Source: an uncultured delta proteobacterium (GTDB lineage Bacteria; Desulfobacterota; Syntrophorhabdia; Syntrophorhabdales; WCHB1-27). Taken from it: a stretch of DNA of 64,000 bases. The notes under the pieces are model-generated. The model was not told the origin of the DNA. It did no database searches and saw nothing but the letters and a program-made list of their open reading frames with translations. Below, piece by piece: positions 19,594 through 34,534 of this stretch; the stretch's first letter is position 1, and the number at the start of each line of letters is the position of its first letter. Position numbers and translations under genes: made by a program. The stretch spans positions 544,001 through 608,000 of the forward strand of contig CAWEPK010000008.1 in the NCBI GenBank assembly GCA_963810935.1, written 5' to 3'.

Positions 19594-20956
19594 TCAATCA
19601 AGCCTCCGCCGCTCGCGCGAAGACTGGATATGCAGCACTTCCCTGTACTTGGCGACCGTCCTCCTGGCTAGCTTCGCGCCGAACTTCTCTTTGAGAAGGA
19701 CCACGATCTCCTCATCCTTCAGCGGGTTGCGCCTGTCTTCCTTTTCGATGATCTCGGAGATGCAGTCCATCACTGCGTTGGCGGACTGCGCGTCCCCGTT
19801 CTCGCTGCCGATGCCCGTCGTGAAGAAGAACTTCATCTCGAAAACGCCGCACGGCGTGCCCATATACTTGTTGCTCGTTATCCTGCTCACTGTCGATTCG
19901 TGTACGCCCACGTAGTTCGCAACATCTTTCAATATTAGAGGCTTCAGGCAGCGCACCCCCTTATCGAAAAACTCCTTCTGAAAATCGACGATGCTCTTCG
20001 CGACGAGGTAGAGTGTCCTCTGTCTTTGCTGCAGGCTCTTCATGAACCATTCCGCCTGCTTGATCTTCTTCCTGATGTACTCCTTGGCGTCTCCGTTCAC
20101 CCTGTCCTTTACGAAGAGATCGACGTAGTACCTGTTCATCTTTAGGTCCGGAACGTCCTCGTCGTTCAGAAAAACTTCGAAGCCGTCCTCCCCTTTGACG
20201 ACGTGGACGTCGGGGACGACGTAGATCGGCTGGTCGCTTTCGAAATTGCGGCCCGGCTTCGGGTCGAAGCTCTTGATCTTCTCGAAGATCGTCCTGATCG
20301 CATCTATCGAATAGCCGGTCCTCTTAGCAATCTCCTTAAGGTCCGACCTCCTGAAGAGGTCGAAGTGGTTGTTGACCACGTCCTCGAAAATCACGTCCTT
20401 CTCGCCGGTCTCCGCGTACTGGATGAGCAGGCATTCCCTCAGGTCGCGCGCCCCTACCCCTGCCGGGTCCAGCTTCTGGACCTTCTTGAGCGCCCCTTCC
20501 AGGGCGGCTACGGGGATTGCGGACATCTGCGATATCTCTTCGAGCGTGGTCGAGAGATAGCCGTTGTCGTCTATGTTCTCAATGATCCATTCGGCGCAGA
20601 TCCTCTCGTCGGAGGAAAAATCGGATACCCCCGACTGCCAGCGCAGGTAGTCGCGCAGGCCCGCCGCTTTCTTCACGATGTTCTCGTAATCGGGGTAGTC
20701 CTTGTCGTCGCGCGGGGTAAACTCCTCGGACGGCGAGTACCTTTCGAGCCATTCCAGGACGTCTTCCTTCTTCGGCGTCTCCTTTTCCTCCGCCGGCTCT
20801 TCCTGCATCTCCAGGACGGGGTTCTCTTTAATCTCCTGCTCTATGGCCTCTATAAGCTCAAGCTGCGAGAGGCTGGAGCAGCTTGATGGCCTGCTGCAAC
20901 TGGGGTGTCAGCACCAATTGCTGCGCGAGCTTTTGGGTCTGCTTAAGTTCCAGCAT
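19594..20956 (-). CDS. rpoN: RNA polymerase sigma-54 (one extra C near 20872, probably a sequence error)
   Basis: MLELKQTQKLAQQLVLTPQLQQAIKLLQ [+C] LSQLEL...ENPVLE; DPAGVGAR; HESTVSR; RpoN box ARRTVAKYRE. Confidence 0.95.
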
Positions 20957-21698
20957 TAATGTAAAACTCCTCGCCTAGATAAACCTCTCGGGCAAGCTTG
21001 CTTTTGGCTATCTCGAACGGGTCGCCCTCTATCAGTATCCTCCCGTCGTTTATTATGTATGCCCTGTCGCAAATGGGCAGAGAATCGCGCACGTTGTGGT
21101 CGGAGATAAGAATGCCTATGCCCCTCTTCTTCAATCCCAGGACGATCTTCTTCAGGTCGGAGATCGATATGGGGTCGATGCCGGAGAACGGCTCGTCGAG
21201 GAGCATGAACTTGGGGGCTATCATCATGGCCCTGGCTATCTCGAGCCTCCTGCGCTCGCCGCCCGAAAGCAGGTCTGCGCTGTTGTCCGCAAGGTGCGCC
21301 AGCCTGAACGAATCCAGCACCTCCTGGATCTTATGCCCCATAACGCTCCTGTCCGTCTCATGGAACTCCATGATGGACCTGAGGTTGTCCCTGACGCTCA
21401 TTTTCTTGAAGATGGACGGCTCCTGGGGCAGGTAGGTAATCCCTTTCCGGGCACGCAGGAACATGGGAAGGTCCGTCAGGTTGTCGTCATCCAGCTTGAT
21501 CTCCCCCGCATCCGGCCGTATGAAGCCGATAATCATGTAAAAACTGGTCGTCTTGCCTGCTCCGTTGGGCCCGAACAGGCCGACTACCTCTCCGGTGTCC
21601 ACGTAAACAGCCACATCGTCCACTACCTTCCGCGAATCGTACGTCTTCGAAAGGTGCTGCGCACTTAGCACAGACGCCGGTTTTACCGGTCCCGTCAT
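20943..21698 (-). CDS. lptB: LPS export ABC ATPase LptB
   Basis: GPNGAGKTT, YLPQEPSIF, LSGGERRRLE, LDEPFSG, EVYLGE. Confidence 0.96.
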   Translation of the reverse strand: MTGPVKPASVLSAQHLSKTYDSRKVVDDVAVYVDTGEVVGLFGPNGAGKTTSFYMIIGFIRPDAGEIKLDDDNLTDLPMFLRARKGITYLPQEPSIFKKMSVRDNLRSIMEFHETDRSVMGHKIQEVLDSFRLAHLADNSADLLSGGERRRLEIARAMMIAPKFMLLDEPFSGIDPISISDLKKIVLGLKKRGIGILISDHNVRDSLPICDRAYIINDGRILIEGDPFEIAKSKLAREVYLGEEFYINAGT

Positions 21699-21711
21699 TC
21701 TTCCTTCCATT

Positions 21712-22629
21712 TTATCGAGCCCGCGGCTCCAGCTTCATTTTCGGCTCTTCCACCGAGAATTTGTCGCCGGCCATGTCATAAATTATCGTGTCCCCTTGCA
21801 TGTCTACCTTGTCCCTGATAATCCGCGGGTGGTCCGTCAATATTACCTTATCTTCCTTAAAATAATATACTGCCCGCTGACTTTTAGCAATAGTCCCCTT
21901 AGATAGGATCTTTACGCTGCCGGCGGCGTCGATCTTCTCCATTTCGTCCTGGTTGGAGAGCACTTGCACCCTGTCGCAATACATGTCCATCTTCTCGCCT
22001 TTGACCACCACGTCGCCTTCGAAGATGTACGTATTGTCTTTTAACAGGTACACGAACTTATTGGCGGTGAAGGTGTACTTGCCCTTCTCCTCCTGTATGT
22101 TCCCGCTGACGTCCTTCTCGACGGTGATGACCTGGTCTTTCGTGTCCGCCCTCAGACCTATACCCTTCATCGTGAACTTCTTGCCCTGGAGGTCCACGGG
22201 CGCCGTTGTATACGCGAGCGACTTCTGGAAATCGAACTCCATGGACGGGCTTTTGATGATGTACTCGCCCTTGTAGAAGACCTCCACACCCTGGACGCTT
22301 CCGACCTCTTTGACCGTATCCATCGTCCCCTTTACGCCCGTAAAGGTTACAATAGTGTCGGGCTTGGGCTTGTAGGTCCCCTTTATGCCCTCCATCTCGA
22401 CTATCGGCTTATCGATATACTTTCTCATGATGTCGGCCCGTATCTCCCAGTCGATGATGCCCTTTTTCTCCCCGGAGTACTTGATGTCCTTGAAAACGAT
22501 GACCTGCTTGCCCTCCTGTTTTACGTTGGAGGTGGCCCTCTCCGGCTTTTGCAGGAAGAAATAACCCGCGAGGATGATGATGCCTACGATAAAAGCGACT
22601 GCTATATAGACGATTTTGTTGCGGTTCAT
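21712..22629 (-). CDS. LptC-LptA (OstA) fusion protein
   Basis: N-terminal TM, LptC-like beta domain (to about aa 180), then OstA-like FEGDVVV...IDAAGSV...AVYY...VILT; occupies the lptC/lptA slot. Confidence 0.75.
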   Translation of the reverse strand: MNRNKIVYIAVAFIVGIIILAGYFFLQKPERATSNVKQEGKQVIVFKDIKYSGEKKGIIDWEIRADIMRKYIDKPIVEMEGIKGTYKPKPDTIVTFTGVKGTMDTVKEVGSVQGVEVFYKGEYIIKSPSMEFDFQKSLAYTTAPVDLQGKKFTMKGIGLRADTKDQVITVEKDVSGNIQEEKGKYTFTANKFVYLLKDNTYIFEGDVVVKGEKMDMYCDRVQVLSNQDEMEKIDAAGSVKILSKGTIAKSQRAVYYFKEDKVILTDHPRIIRDKVDMQGDTIIYDMAGDKFSVEEPKMKLEPRAR

Positions 22630-22656
22630 GTTGCGGGTCCTATAAGCCGCATGGAC

Positions 22657-23621
22657 TTATACGATCTTCGCTTTCAGCAGGTCGTGGATATGGAGCACGC
22701 CGATCGGGTGCTTGTGCTCGTCCTTTTCGAAGACAAAGAGGGACGTAATCGAGTATTCCTCCATTTCTTTGAGGGCGCGTGCCGCAAGAGCGTCCTTACC
22801 GATGCCCTTTGGGTCCTTGGTCATCACGTCCACGGCCCGCAAGGAGAGCATATTTTCGTATTTCTCGAAGGCCCTCCGGAGGTCGCCGTCGGTGATTATA
22901 CCCGTCAGCTCGTCCTGACTGTTGAAAACGCCCGTCATGCCCAGCCTTTTCGACGTAACTTCCATGATCGCCTGCCGCATCGGCGCTTCCTCGTAAACGT
23001 GGGGCAACGCCTGCCCCGTATGCATCACGTCCTCCGCCTTGAGGATAAGGCTCCTGCCGATGCTGCCGCCCGGGTGGAGGAGCGCCAGGTCGTCCACCGT
23101 AAAGTTCCTCTCCTTCATTAAAGCTACGGCCAGCGCGTCACCCAGGGCAAGGGTCGTAGTGGTGCTCGACGTAGGGATGAGGTTGTACGGGCATGCCTCT
23201 TCGACCCGCACGTCCAGCACGACGTCCCCATGGCGAGCTATAGTGGATTCCCTGTTGCCCGTGACTACGATGCTCACCATGCCCATACGCTTTATCCACG
23301 GCAGGATCTTGATTACCTCCTCGGTCTCTCCGCTGTTGGAGATAATGAAGAATATGTCTTCTTTACGGACTATGCCCAGGTCGCCGTGGACCGAATCCGC
23401 CGGGTGGAGGTATATCGACGGCATGCCGATGCTGGAGAACGTGGCGGCTATTTTCTTGGCTACGAGGCCCGATTTGCCTATACCGGAGAAGACGACCCTG
23501 CCTTTCGTCGCGCAGACGGCGTCCACGGCCCGGTCGAAGTCTTCGTTGAGCGTCTCCATCACCTGGAGGATCGCGCGGGCTTCCTTCTCCAGGACCTCTC
23601 TGCCTATGGCAACGTGCCTGC

Positions 23622-23625
<4 letters not shown>
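22657..23625 (-). CDS. kdsD: Arabinose-5-phosphate isomerase (SIS + CBS)
   Basis: GIGKSG, HGDLG, SNSGET, PTSSTT, HPGG, HIHDLL. Confidence 0.96.
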
Positions 23626-27260
<3,635 letters not shown>

Positions 27261-27264
<4 letters not shown>

Positions 27265-28550
27265 ATGCGCCCCTGCTCGATGCGCACGTGGATGCTCTGG
27301 CCGCTGATGAAGTCCTGCTTGTCCAGCTCGGCCTTCGCGTCCAAAAGGTCGCCTTCGGCGGCCTCGTGCGTAAGCATCACGATAGGCACATACTCGTTCT
27401 CTCCCCGGCCTTTCTGCGTAACGGCCGCTATGCTTATCCGGTGGTCGGCCAGTATCCCCGATACACGGGAGAGGACGCCCGGCTTGTCCTCCGTCTTCAG
27501 CCTGACATAGAATGAGGAGACCGATTCCCTGCTCTTTTTAACCCTTCTGCCGTTTTCCGCGAGCCGCGCGGCCGCCCTGCGGCACCCCGCGGCCTTCCTG
27601 ACGGCCATATCCACGATGTCGCTCACAACCGCGCTTGCAGTCGGGTCGGCGCCCGCGCCCTTGCCGTAATAGAGGTTCGGACCGACCCTGTCGCCCACAA
27701 TATAGACCGCGTTATAGACGTCACCCACGCTGCTCATCAGGTGGCCGGCGGGCAGCATGGCAGGCACAGCCCGCGCCTCTATAACCCCGTCCTCTTCGCT
27801 CGCGACAGCCAGGAGCTTTATCTTATAGCCCAGCTCTTCTGCGAAGGCGATGTCTATCGGCTCTATCTGCGAGATCCCGCCCATGCCTATGTCCGCCATT
27901 GAAAGGGGATACCCGAAGGCCAGGCGGGCCAGTATGCAGAGCTTGTGGGCCGCGTCGATGCCCTCCACGTCGAAGGTGGGGTCCGCCTCCGCGAACCCGG
28001 CGGCCTGCGCCTCCGCCAGCGCTTCTGCGAAAGGCAACCCCTCGGCGCTCATCCGCGTGAGGATGTAATTGCTCGTCCCGTTCAGGATGCCGAGGATGTA
28101 GCCGATCCTGTTGCCTACCAGGCCGTCCCGTATCGCCCTTATGACAGGTATGCCGCCGCAGACGGACGCCTCGAACCCTAACTCACAGCCGCACTCGGCC
28201 GCAGAAAGGAATATTTCGTTCCCTTTTTCAGCAAGGAGGGCCTTGTTTGCGGTAACGACCCACTTGCCCGTGCCGAATGCAGACGTGATGAAGGCCCCTG
28301 CGACGCCGGTGCCGCCTATCAGCTCTACGATGATGTCTATCGATGGGTCGCCGATCAGCTCCTCGGCGGTCCTGAAGAACCCCGGCCCTTCAGCGCCCGC
28401 GCCGTCGCGCCTGGCGGCGTCGATCTCCGCAGCGCCCGCCACGACTATATCGAGACCGGTCCTCTGCGCTATGAGCGAGCGGTGTTCTTTAAGGAGGCGA
28501 TATGTGCCGCGGCCTACAGTGCCGAGACCTATGATGCCGACCCGGATCAT
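27261..28550 (-). CDS. hom: Homoserine dehydrogenase with C-terminal ACT domain
   Basis: [46 protein letters not shown]. Confidence 0.97.
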
Positions 28551-29728
28551 CTTTTCCTTACTGAGAGCGCGCCCTTGATGCCCTTCACCGCCTGCTTTAT
28601 CCTGTGCTCGTTCTCTATGAGCGCGAACCTTACATATCCTTCGCCGTACTCACCGAACCCCCTGCCGGGCGACGTTGCTACCTTGGCCTCTGCAAGGAGC
28701 ATCTTCGAGAATTCGACGGAACCCATCGACTCGAACTGCGGGGGGATCTTAGCCCAGACGAACATCGTGGCCTTCGGCGGCTCGACGTGCCACCCGCACC
28801 GGTTGAGGCCATGGCAGAGGGCGTCCCTCCTTTTCCGGTATTCTTCGCTGATTTCGTGCACGCAGGAGTTCTCCCCGTTCAGGGCGATGATCGAGGCGAT
28901 CTGTATGGGCTGGAAGACGCCGTAGTCGAAATAGCTCTTGAGCCTGGTAAGGGCTGCGATCATCTGCTTGTTGCCGACCGCGAAACCCACCCTCCAGCCG
29001 GGCATCGAATAGCTTTTCGAAAGGGTGAAAAGCTCCACGCCCACGTCTTTGGCCCCTTTTACCTGGAGCAGGCTGGGGGCCGTGTAGCCGTCGAAGACGA
29101 GGTCCGCATAAGCGAGGTCGTGCGTCACCATCAGATTGTGCTCTTTGGCAAAAGCGACGATACGCTTGAAGAAAGCAAGATCGACTACCTCGGTGGTCGG
29201 GTTATTCGGAAAGCTGAGTATGAGCATCTTCGGCTGGGGCCAGGTGGTCTTGACCGCTATGGCCAGCCGCTCGATAAACCCGTCCAGGGGCAGAAGCGGT
29301 ATAGTCCGGAGGTCCCCGCCCGCTATCACGACCGAGTATGTATGTATGGGGTATGTGGGGTCCGGCACGAAGACTACGTCCCCCGTGTTGACGGTCGCCA
29401 GCACGAGGTGACCGATCCCCTCCTTGGCGCCCATCGTGACGATGGCCTCCGTCTCCGGGTCTATCGAAACCTTGTACCTCCGCCGGTACCAGTCGGAGAT
29501 CGCATTGCGCAGCTTGGGTATCCCCCGCGTCACTGAATAGCGGTGGTTCTTGGGGTTGGATGCGGCCTCGACCATCTTGGCGACTATGTGCTTCGGCGTC
29601 GCCATGTCGGGGTTGCCCATGCCTAAGTCTATGATGTCCTCTCCCTTGTGCCTGGCCTCGATGAGTAAATCCCTTACAATGTTAAACGTATACGGGGGCA
29701 GGCGGGAGATGCGGTTAAATTCGTCCAT
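28547..29728 (-). CDS. alaC: Class I/II PLP aminotransferase, AlaC-like
   Basis: [38 protein letters not shown]. Confidence 0.88.
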   Translation of the reverse strand: MDEFNRISRLPPYTFNIVRDLLIEARHKGEDIIDLGMGNPDMATPKHIVAKMVEAASNPKNHRYSVTRGIPKLRNAISDWYRRRYKVSIDPETEAIVTMGAKEGIGHLVLATVNTGDVVFVPDPTYPIHTYSVVIAGGDLRTIPLLPLDGFIERLAIAVKTTWPQPKMLILSFPNNPTTEVVDLAFFKRIVAFAKEHNLMVTHDLAYADLVFDGYTAPSLLQVKGAKDVGVELFTLSKSYSMPGWRVGFAVGNKQMIAALTRLKSYFDYGVFQPIQIASIIALNGENSCVHEISEEYRKRRDALCHGLNRCGWHVEPPKATMFVWAKIPPQFESMGSVEFSKMLLAEAKVATSPGRGFGEYGEGYVRFALIENEHRIKQAVKGIKGALSVRKR

Positions 29729-29921
29729 TGGATGAGAAATTAACATACATGACCACCTTAATCAACACATACCTTGTGGGTATGTATGAGCGGCTGACTC
29801 CTGTGCTGCAAACGGTTGAGGGCCACGTGCGGTTGCATACACCGCAACTAATAATTCCCTTGACAATCTCTTACTCCACCGGCTATGTTGAATGGGCAAG
29901 CCAAACTTATGGGGGTAAGTT

Positions 29922-30407
29922 ATGGGGAATGGGTTAGTCAGCTTCATTTACCGTCTTAGCAGATTCATGCAGGTCATAGCCGGCATCGCGCTGGTGTTCA
30001 TGATGAGCCTCACCACGTGCGACGTCATCCTGCGCATATTCTCACGACCGATTATCGGCACTTACGAGATGGTTGCCTTTACCGGTGGGGTGGTAATAGG
30101 CTTCTCGCTACCGATTACGTCTTTCGTGAGAGGGCAGATCTTCGTAGATTTCTTCTACCAGAAATTCCCTAAGTTCTGGCAAAACGTTCTCAACGTGGCA
30201 ACACGCCTCATATCTATGGTTCTCTTCCTCTTTATCGGCGCGAACCTTATGATACTGGCCTCCGACATGGTAAAATCCGGCGAGGTATCCTTGACCCTGC
30301 AACTTCCGTTTTACCCGATTGCATACGGGATAGGCATCTCCTGCTTCGTACAGTGTCTGGTGCTGATAGGGGACCTGATAAAGATCGCAGGAGGCCAATA
30401 TGAATGA
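29922..30407 (+). CDS. TRAP transporter small permease DctQ
   Basis: 4 TM, DVILR, GTYE, GQIFVD. Confidence 0.9.
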   Translation: MGNGLVSFIYRLSRFMQVIAGIALVFMMSLTTCDVILRIFSRPIIGTYEMVAFTGGVVIGFSLPITSFVRGQIFVDFFYQKFPKFWQNVLNVATRLISMVLFLFIGANLMILASDMVKSGEVSLTLQLPFYPIAYGIGISCFVQCLVLIGDLIKIAGGQYE

Positions 30408-31704
30408 AATAGCCGTAGGACTAATAGACCTTGGGCTCCTGCTGATCCTCTTCCTGACGGGCATCGAGCTAGGCTTCGCCATGGCCATCATGGGGTTCAT
30501 AGGCTTCGCATACCTCGTTTCCGTGCCGGCGGCGTTCAACCTGCTTGCCAAGGACACTTTCGACACCTTCGCGAGCTACGGGTTCACGGTCATCCCACTT
30601 TTCATCTTCATGGGGCAGATCGCCTTCAATGCAGGCATAGCGAAGAAGCTCTTCGACTCGGCCCATAAATTCCTGGGCCACATACCCGGCGGGCTCGCCA
30701 TAGCGACCGTGGCCGGGGCGACTATCTTCAAGGCCATCTGCGGCTCTTCACCAGCGACGGCCGCAACGTTTGCGTCGGTCGCCGTCCCGGAAATGGACCG
30801 CTTCGGCTACGCCCGGAAGCTCTCGACAGGCATCGTCGCCACCGTCGGCACACTGGGCATCCTTATACCGCCTTCCGTCACGCTGATCGTTTTCGGCGTC
30901 ATCACGGAGCAGTCGATCGGCAGGCTTTTCATGGCGGGCCTCATCCCCGGCCTTCTGATCGCCCTGTTCTTTATCTTTATCATCGTCGGCTGGGCGAAAA
31001 TGAACCCTGCCATAGCACCGAGGAGCCCTAAGTTTCCCTGGAACGAGCGCATCAAGTCCCTGCCCGCAGTCATGTGGCCGGTAATCATTTTTCTCGTCGT
31101 CATAGGCGGGCTCCTGAAAGGCTTCTTTACACCCACCGAGGCAGGCAGTGTAGGCACTGCGGCGGTGCTCGTCTTCGCACTTGCCCAGCGGAGCCTGGGC
31201 TGGAAGAACTTCATAAAGGCGGTCGATGAATCGCTGCGCACCGCGTGCATGGTGATCATCCTCATCGCCGGCTCGGCCATTCTGGGCCATTTCATCGCAG
31301 TGACCAATATCCCGTCGCTGGCCGCGGACTGGATCGCCGGCCTGCCGCTCCACCGCTACATCGTGATGATTATCATCGCGGTCTTCTATCTCCTCGGCGG
31401 TTCCTTTATCGACGACCTTGCCTTCATGATACTCGCGACGCCGATCTTTTACCCGGCCATCATCAAGCTGGGCTTCGACCCTATGTGGTTCGGCATTATG
31501 ATAGCGATCACCGTCATGGTGGGCGTCGTGATACCACCCGTTGCGATCAACGTCTTCGTGGTGAAGAACATAACGAAAACGCCGTTCAGCGTGATTTACG
31601 GAGGGGTCTATCCTTTCCTTCTGTCTCTGGCGTTCATGGGCATACTGCTCTTCATATTCCCGTCGATTGCGACGTGGCTGCCGAACCTGCTGTACCAAAA
31701 GTAA
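30400..31704 (+). CDS. TRAP transporter large permease DctM
   Basis: IPLFIFMG, CGSSPAT, LIPPS, FTPTEAG, IPPVA. Confidence 0.93.
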   Translation: MNEIAVGLIDLGLLLILFLTGIELGFAMAIMGFIGFAYLVSVPAAFNLLAKDTFDTFASYGFTVIPLFIFMGQIAFNAGIAKKLFDSAHKFLGHIPGGLAIATVAGATIFKAICGSSPATAATFASVAVPEMDRFGYARKLSTGIVATVGTLGILIPPSVTLIVFGVITEQSIGRLFMAGLIPGLLIALFFIFIIVGWAKMNPAIAPRSPKFPWNERIKSLPAVMWPVIIFLVVIGGLLKGFFTPTEAGSVGTAAVLVFALAQRSLGWKNFIKAVDESLRTACMVIILIAGSAILGHFIAVTNIPSLAADWIAGLPLHRYIVMIIIAVFYLLGGSFIDDLAFMILATPIFYPAIIKLGFDPMWFGIMIAITVMVGVVIPPVAINVFVVKNITKTPFSVIYGGVYPFLLSLAFMGILLFIFPSIATWLPNLLYQK

Positions 31705-31724
31705 GGGTATTATAAAGGAAAAAT

Positions 31725-31769
31725 AACCGGTCCGGGACAAGGCTGCAAAGCCTGCGTCCGGGACCGGTT
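31725..31769. terminator. Extended hairpin between convergent dctM and degP
   Basis: AACCGGTCC...GGACCGGTT with inner GGAC/GTCC and AGGC/GCCT stems. Confidence 0.6.
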
Positions 31770-31783
31770 TGTTACTGGAGGCG

Positions 31784-33229
31784 TTATTGCAGCGAGACGT
31801 AGAACGTCGTGTTCCCCCTCTTGACGAGGATGAGGACTGTCGCCCCCTTCCCCGCTTTCGATACCGATGCCCTGTATTCGTCAAGCTTCCTTATCGGGCG
31901 GCGGTTCACTTCCTTGATGATATCGCCCGGCTCTATGCCCGCCTCGTCCGCAGCACTGCCCTTGGCAACGTCGAGGACGATCACGCCCGTCTTCTCAACA
32001 GAGCCCATCTCCTGCTGCACCTCAGGCGTGATATCCCCCAGAGTCATGCCGAAATCGGACGGCTCAAGCTCCTTGCGTGCGGGCGGCGCTGCTTTTTCTT
32101 CCGCAAGCTCTTCTATCTTTACCGGCAGCGCCAGCTCCTTCCCCTCTCTGACGACCGTCACCTTTACGGTGCTGCCGACGGGCGTCTCCGCCACCATGAG
32201 CGGCAGGTCCGACATGGCCTTTACTTCTTTTCCGTTGAACCTGACGATTATGTCCCCTCTTTTGATGCCGGCCGCCTGAGCGGGGCTCTTGGGCTCGACG
32301 TCGCCCACGAGCGCGCCGACAGGCCGCTTCATGCCGAACAGCTCGGCCATTTCCGGCGTCACCTCCTGAATGGAGACGCCGATCCATCCGCGCACGACCC
32401 TTCCCTTCTCCCGGAGCTGGGCGACCACGTTCTTCGCCACGCTGCTCGGAATGGCGAAGCCTATGCCCTGCCCGGTCGCGACTATGGCGGTAGTGATCCC
32501 CACCACCTCGCCGCGCAAGTTAATGAGCGGCCCGCCGCTGTTGCCCGGATTGACGGGGGCGTCCGTCTGTAGAAAATTGTCGTACGGCCCGGTCCCTATG
32601 ACCCTGCCGGTACCGCTGATTATCCCCTGCGTGACCGTATGGGCAAGGCCGAAGGGGTTCCCTACGGCGAGCACCCAGTCGCCCACCCGCATCCGCTCGG
32701 AGTCGCCCAAAGACAGCATGGGAAGGCCCTGCACAGGCGTGGTTATCTTGATCAGGGAGAGGTCGGTCTTGGAGTCCCTCCCTACGACTTTCGCCTTGAA
32801 TTCCCTTCCGTCCGTGAGGCGCACCGTAATAGCCGACGCCCGTCTGACGACGTGGTAATTTGTCAGGATGTAGCCCGCCTGATCGATGATCACACCTGAG
32901 CCCAGGCTCCTCTGTTTCAGCTCCCTGTCGGGTATATCCCCGAAAAACCTTTTGACGAAGCTGTCGAGCTGCCCTTTTTCCTCCTGCTCCCCCGGTCCGA
33001 AAAAGAACTGGAAGGGGTTGCCGGGTATTTTCACGGTAGTGAGGGTGCTGATGTTGACAACCGCCGGCTTGACCGTATCGACCAGGTCCGCAAAGGACGG
33101 CAGCGCGCCGCCGGGCGGGTCTGCCGCCGGTCCCTTCTTGTTCTCGCAACCCGCGCTCTGGCAGAAGAACATAGCGGCGACGATGCTGAGCAGAGCGATC
33201 CGCGACATGCGTCTCACGACTCTTCCCAT
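31784..33229 (-). CDS. degP: DegP/DegQ (HtrA) serine protease with two PDZ domains
   Basis: SLGSGVI, TNYHV, DLSLIK, QTDAPVNPGNSGGPL. Confidence 0.93.
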   Translation of the reverse strand: MGRVVRRMSRIALLSIVAAMFFCQSAGCENKKGPAADPPGGALPSFADLVDTVKPAVVNISTLTTVKIPGNPFQFFFGPGEQEEKGQLDSFVKRFFGDIPDRELKQRSLGSGVIIDQAGYILTNYHVVRRASAITVRLTDGREFKAKVVGRDSKTDLSLIKITTPVQGLPMLSLGDSERMRVGDWVLAVGNPFGLAHTVTQGIISGTGRVIGTGPYDNFLQTDAPVNPGNSGGPLINLRGEVVGITTAIVATGQGIGFAIPSSVAKNVVAQLREKGRVVRGWIGVSIQEVTPEMAELFGMKRPVGALVGDVEPKSPAQAAGIKRGDIIVRFNGKEVKAMSDLPLMVAETPVGSTVKVTVVREGKELALPVKIEELAEEKAAPPARKELEPSDFGMTLGDITPEVQQEMGSVEKTGVIVLDVAKGSAADEAGIEPGDIIKEVNRRPIRKLDEYRASVSKAGKGATVLILVKRGNTTFYVSLQ

Positions 33230-33405
33230 AGTCCCCCCGGTAGTTTTGCTGTGGCTTATTGATAAAGATAATGCCGATATCCACTCTTTTAAAGGCGGGG
33301 ACTGCTAAATGGGATGCGTGCCTGGATACTTAGGACGCGGCATCGCAAAAGGCGGCGGGCCATCTTATGCCAACGGAAAAATTGCCCGGATACAGCCCTC
33401 TACTA

Positions 33406-33434
33406 TTGACTACAGGCGCGATAGCAGTTAAAAT
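33406..33434 (+). promoter_or_regulatory. Sigma70 promoter of tRNA-Phe
   Basis: TTGACT-N17-TAAAAT, 8 nt before the tRNA. Confidence 0.7.
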
Positions 33435-33442
33435 TGGGCAGT

Positions 33443-33518
<76 letters not shown>

Positions 33519-33776
33519 TCTACGCCCCATAAACCTTTGTAATCCTGATATTTGAACCTCAATTTCAATGCTTCCTCGGAGTGGTACAGAGAATGGCACA
33601 TAGGAGGAGCTGATGAACAGCCTCGTAAAGCGGAAAGGACAATACTACTTTCGAATGGCTGTCACGCGCCACCTGCTGTCGGGCATACAACGCTGGACTA
33701 CCGAGAAGCGAAGTAAGTGGAGTTGGAGAGCAGGAAGCGCCACGAGAACAAGCCGCCTTTCCTGGGACAATCAATG

Positions 33777-33807
33777 AAAAAGGCAGGGACCGTTTCCGAC
33801 CCCTGCC
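33777..33807 (-). terminator. Intrinsic terminator of the VPLPA-CTERM gene
   Basis: Minus strand GGCAGGG...CCCTGCC followed by a T run. Confidence 0.8.
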
Positions 33808-33828
33808 GCAGAACGCATTTGGAGTAGC

Positions 33829-34470
33829 TTATCTTTTGAACCTTCTCCTAAGTACACCGAGACCCAGAAGGCCGGGGGTGAAGAGAAGAATGCCCGCAGG
33901 GAGGGGTACGGCGTTGGAGTTGGCGTTGACGTCCATCATGAACGGGTTAGTGCTGGCGGCGGTGCCCCACGAGCTACCGTTATTTCCGCTATAGTAGACT
34001 CGAAAACCCGATCCGTTCCCGCTAGTATCGGGCGTACTTTGCCAAAATAGATTGCCGGTACTACCGTTAAGGTTAAGGACCACCCAGTATATCGAGTTGG
34101 GGTTGAGATTGATGCCGCTTGCGGTAAAGGTAGTAAGGCTGGCGTTATTATAAACGGTGTAGCTCCCCGGCGAGGTAAGGGTACCGACTAGGGTGCCCGG
34201 TTGGCCGTTCCCCGTACCCGTGTTCGTGAAAATCGACACGGTGGCCGTCGTTCCCGCAGTGTTGACCGACATGTCGAGGACCACCGACGACAGGTTGTAG
34301 GACGAGGAACCGGTCGAGAAGCTCTGGGCCCACCAGGTATTGGCGCCGACGGTACCCTCGCCTGTGGAGCTATTGCCAAGGTTGTTGAAGAGAACATCTG
34401 CATTGGCGGCAGGGGCGATGAACGTCAATGCAATGGCAAGAGCGAAAACAACGATGAGCAGTTTTTTCAT
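33829..34470 (-). CDS. Secreted Ser/Thr/Asn-rich protein with VPLPA-CTERM sorting signal (choice-of-anchor R-like domain)
   Basis: Signal peptide ending ANA; WAQSFSTG; C-terminus VPLPAGILLFTPGLLGLGVLRRRFKR; AGGAGG RBS. Confidence 0.9.
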   Translation of the reverse strand: MKKLLIVVFALAIALTFIAPAANADVLFNNLGNSSTGEGTVGANTWWAQSFSTGSSSYNLSSVVLDMSVNTAGTTATVSIFTNTGTGNGQPGTLVGTLTSPGSYTVYNNASLTTFTASGINLNPNSIYWVVLNLNGSTGNLFWQSTPDTSGNGSGFRVYYSGNNGSSWGTAASTNPFMMDVNANSNAVPLPAGILLFTPGLLGLGVLRRRFKR

Positions 34471-34534
34471 TTTGTCTCCTCCTGTTCGGCAGAGGCTTTT
34501 ATTGGACCTGACTGCTGGTCATTGTCGGTCCTTA

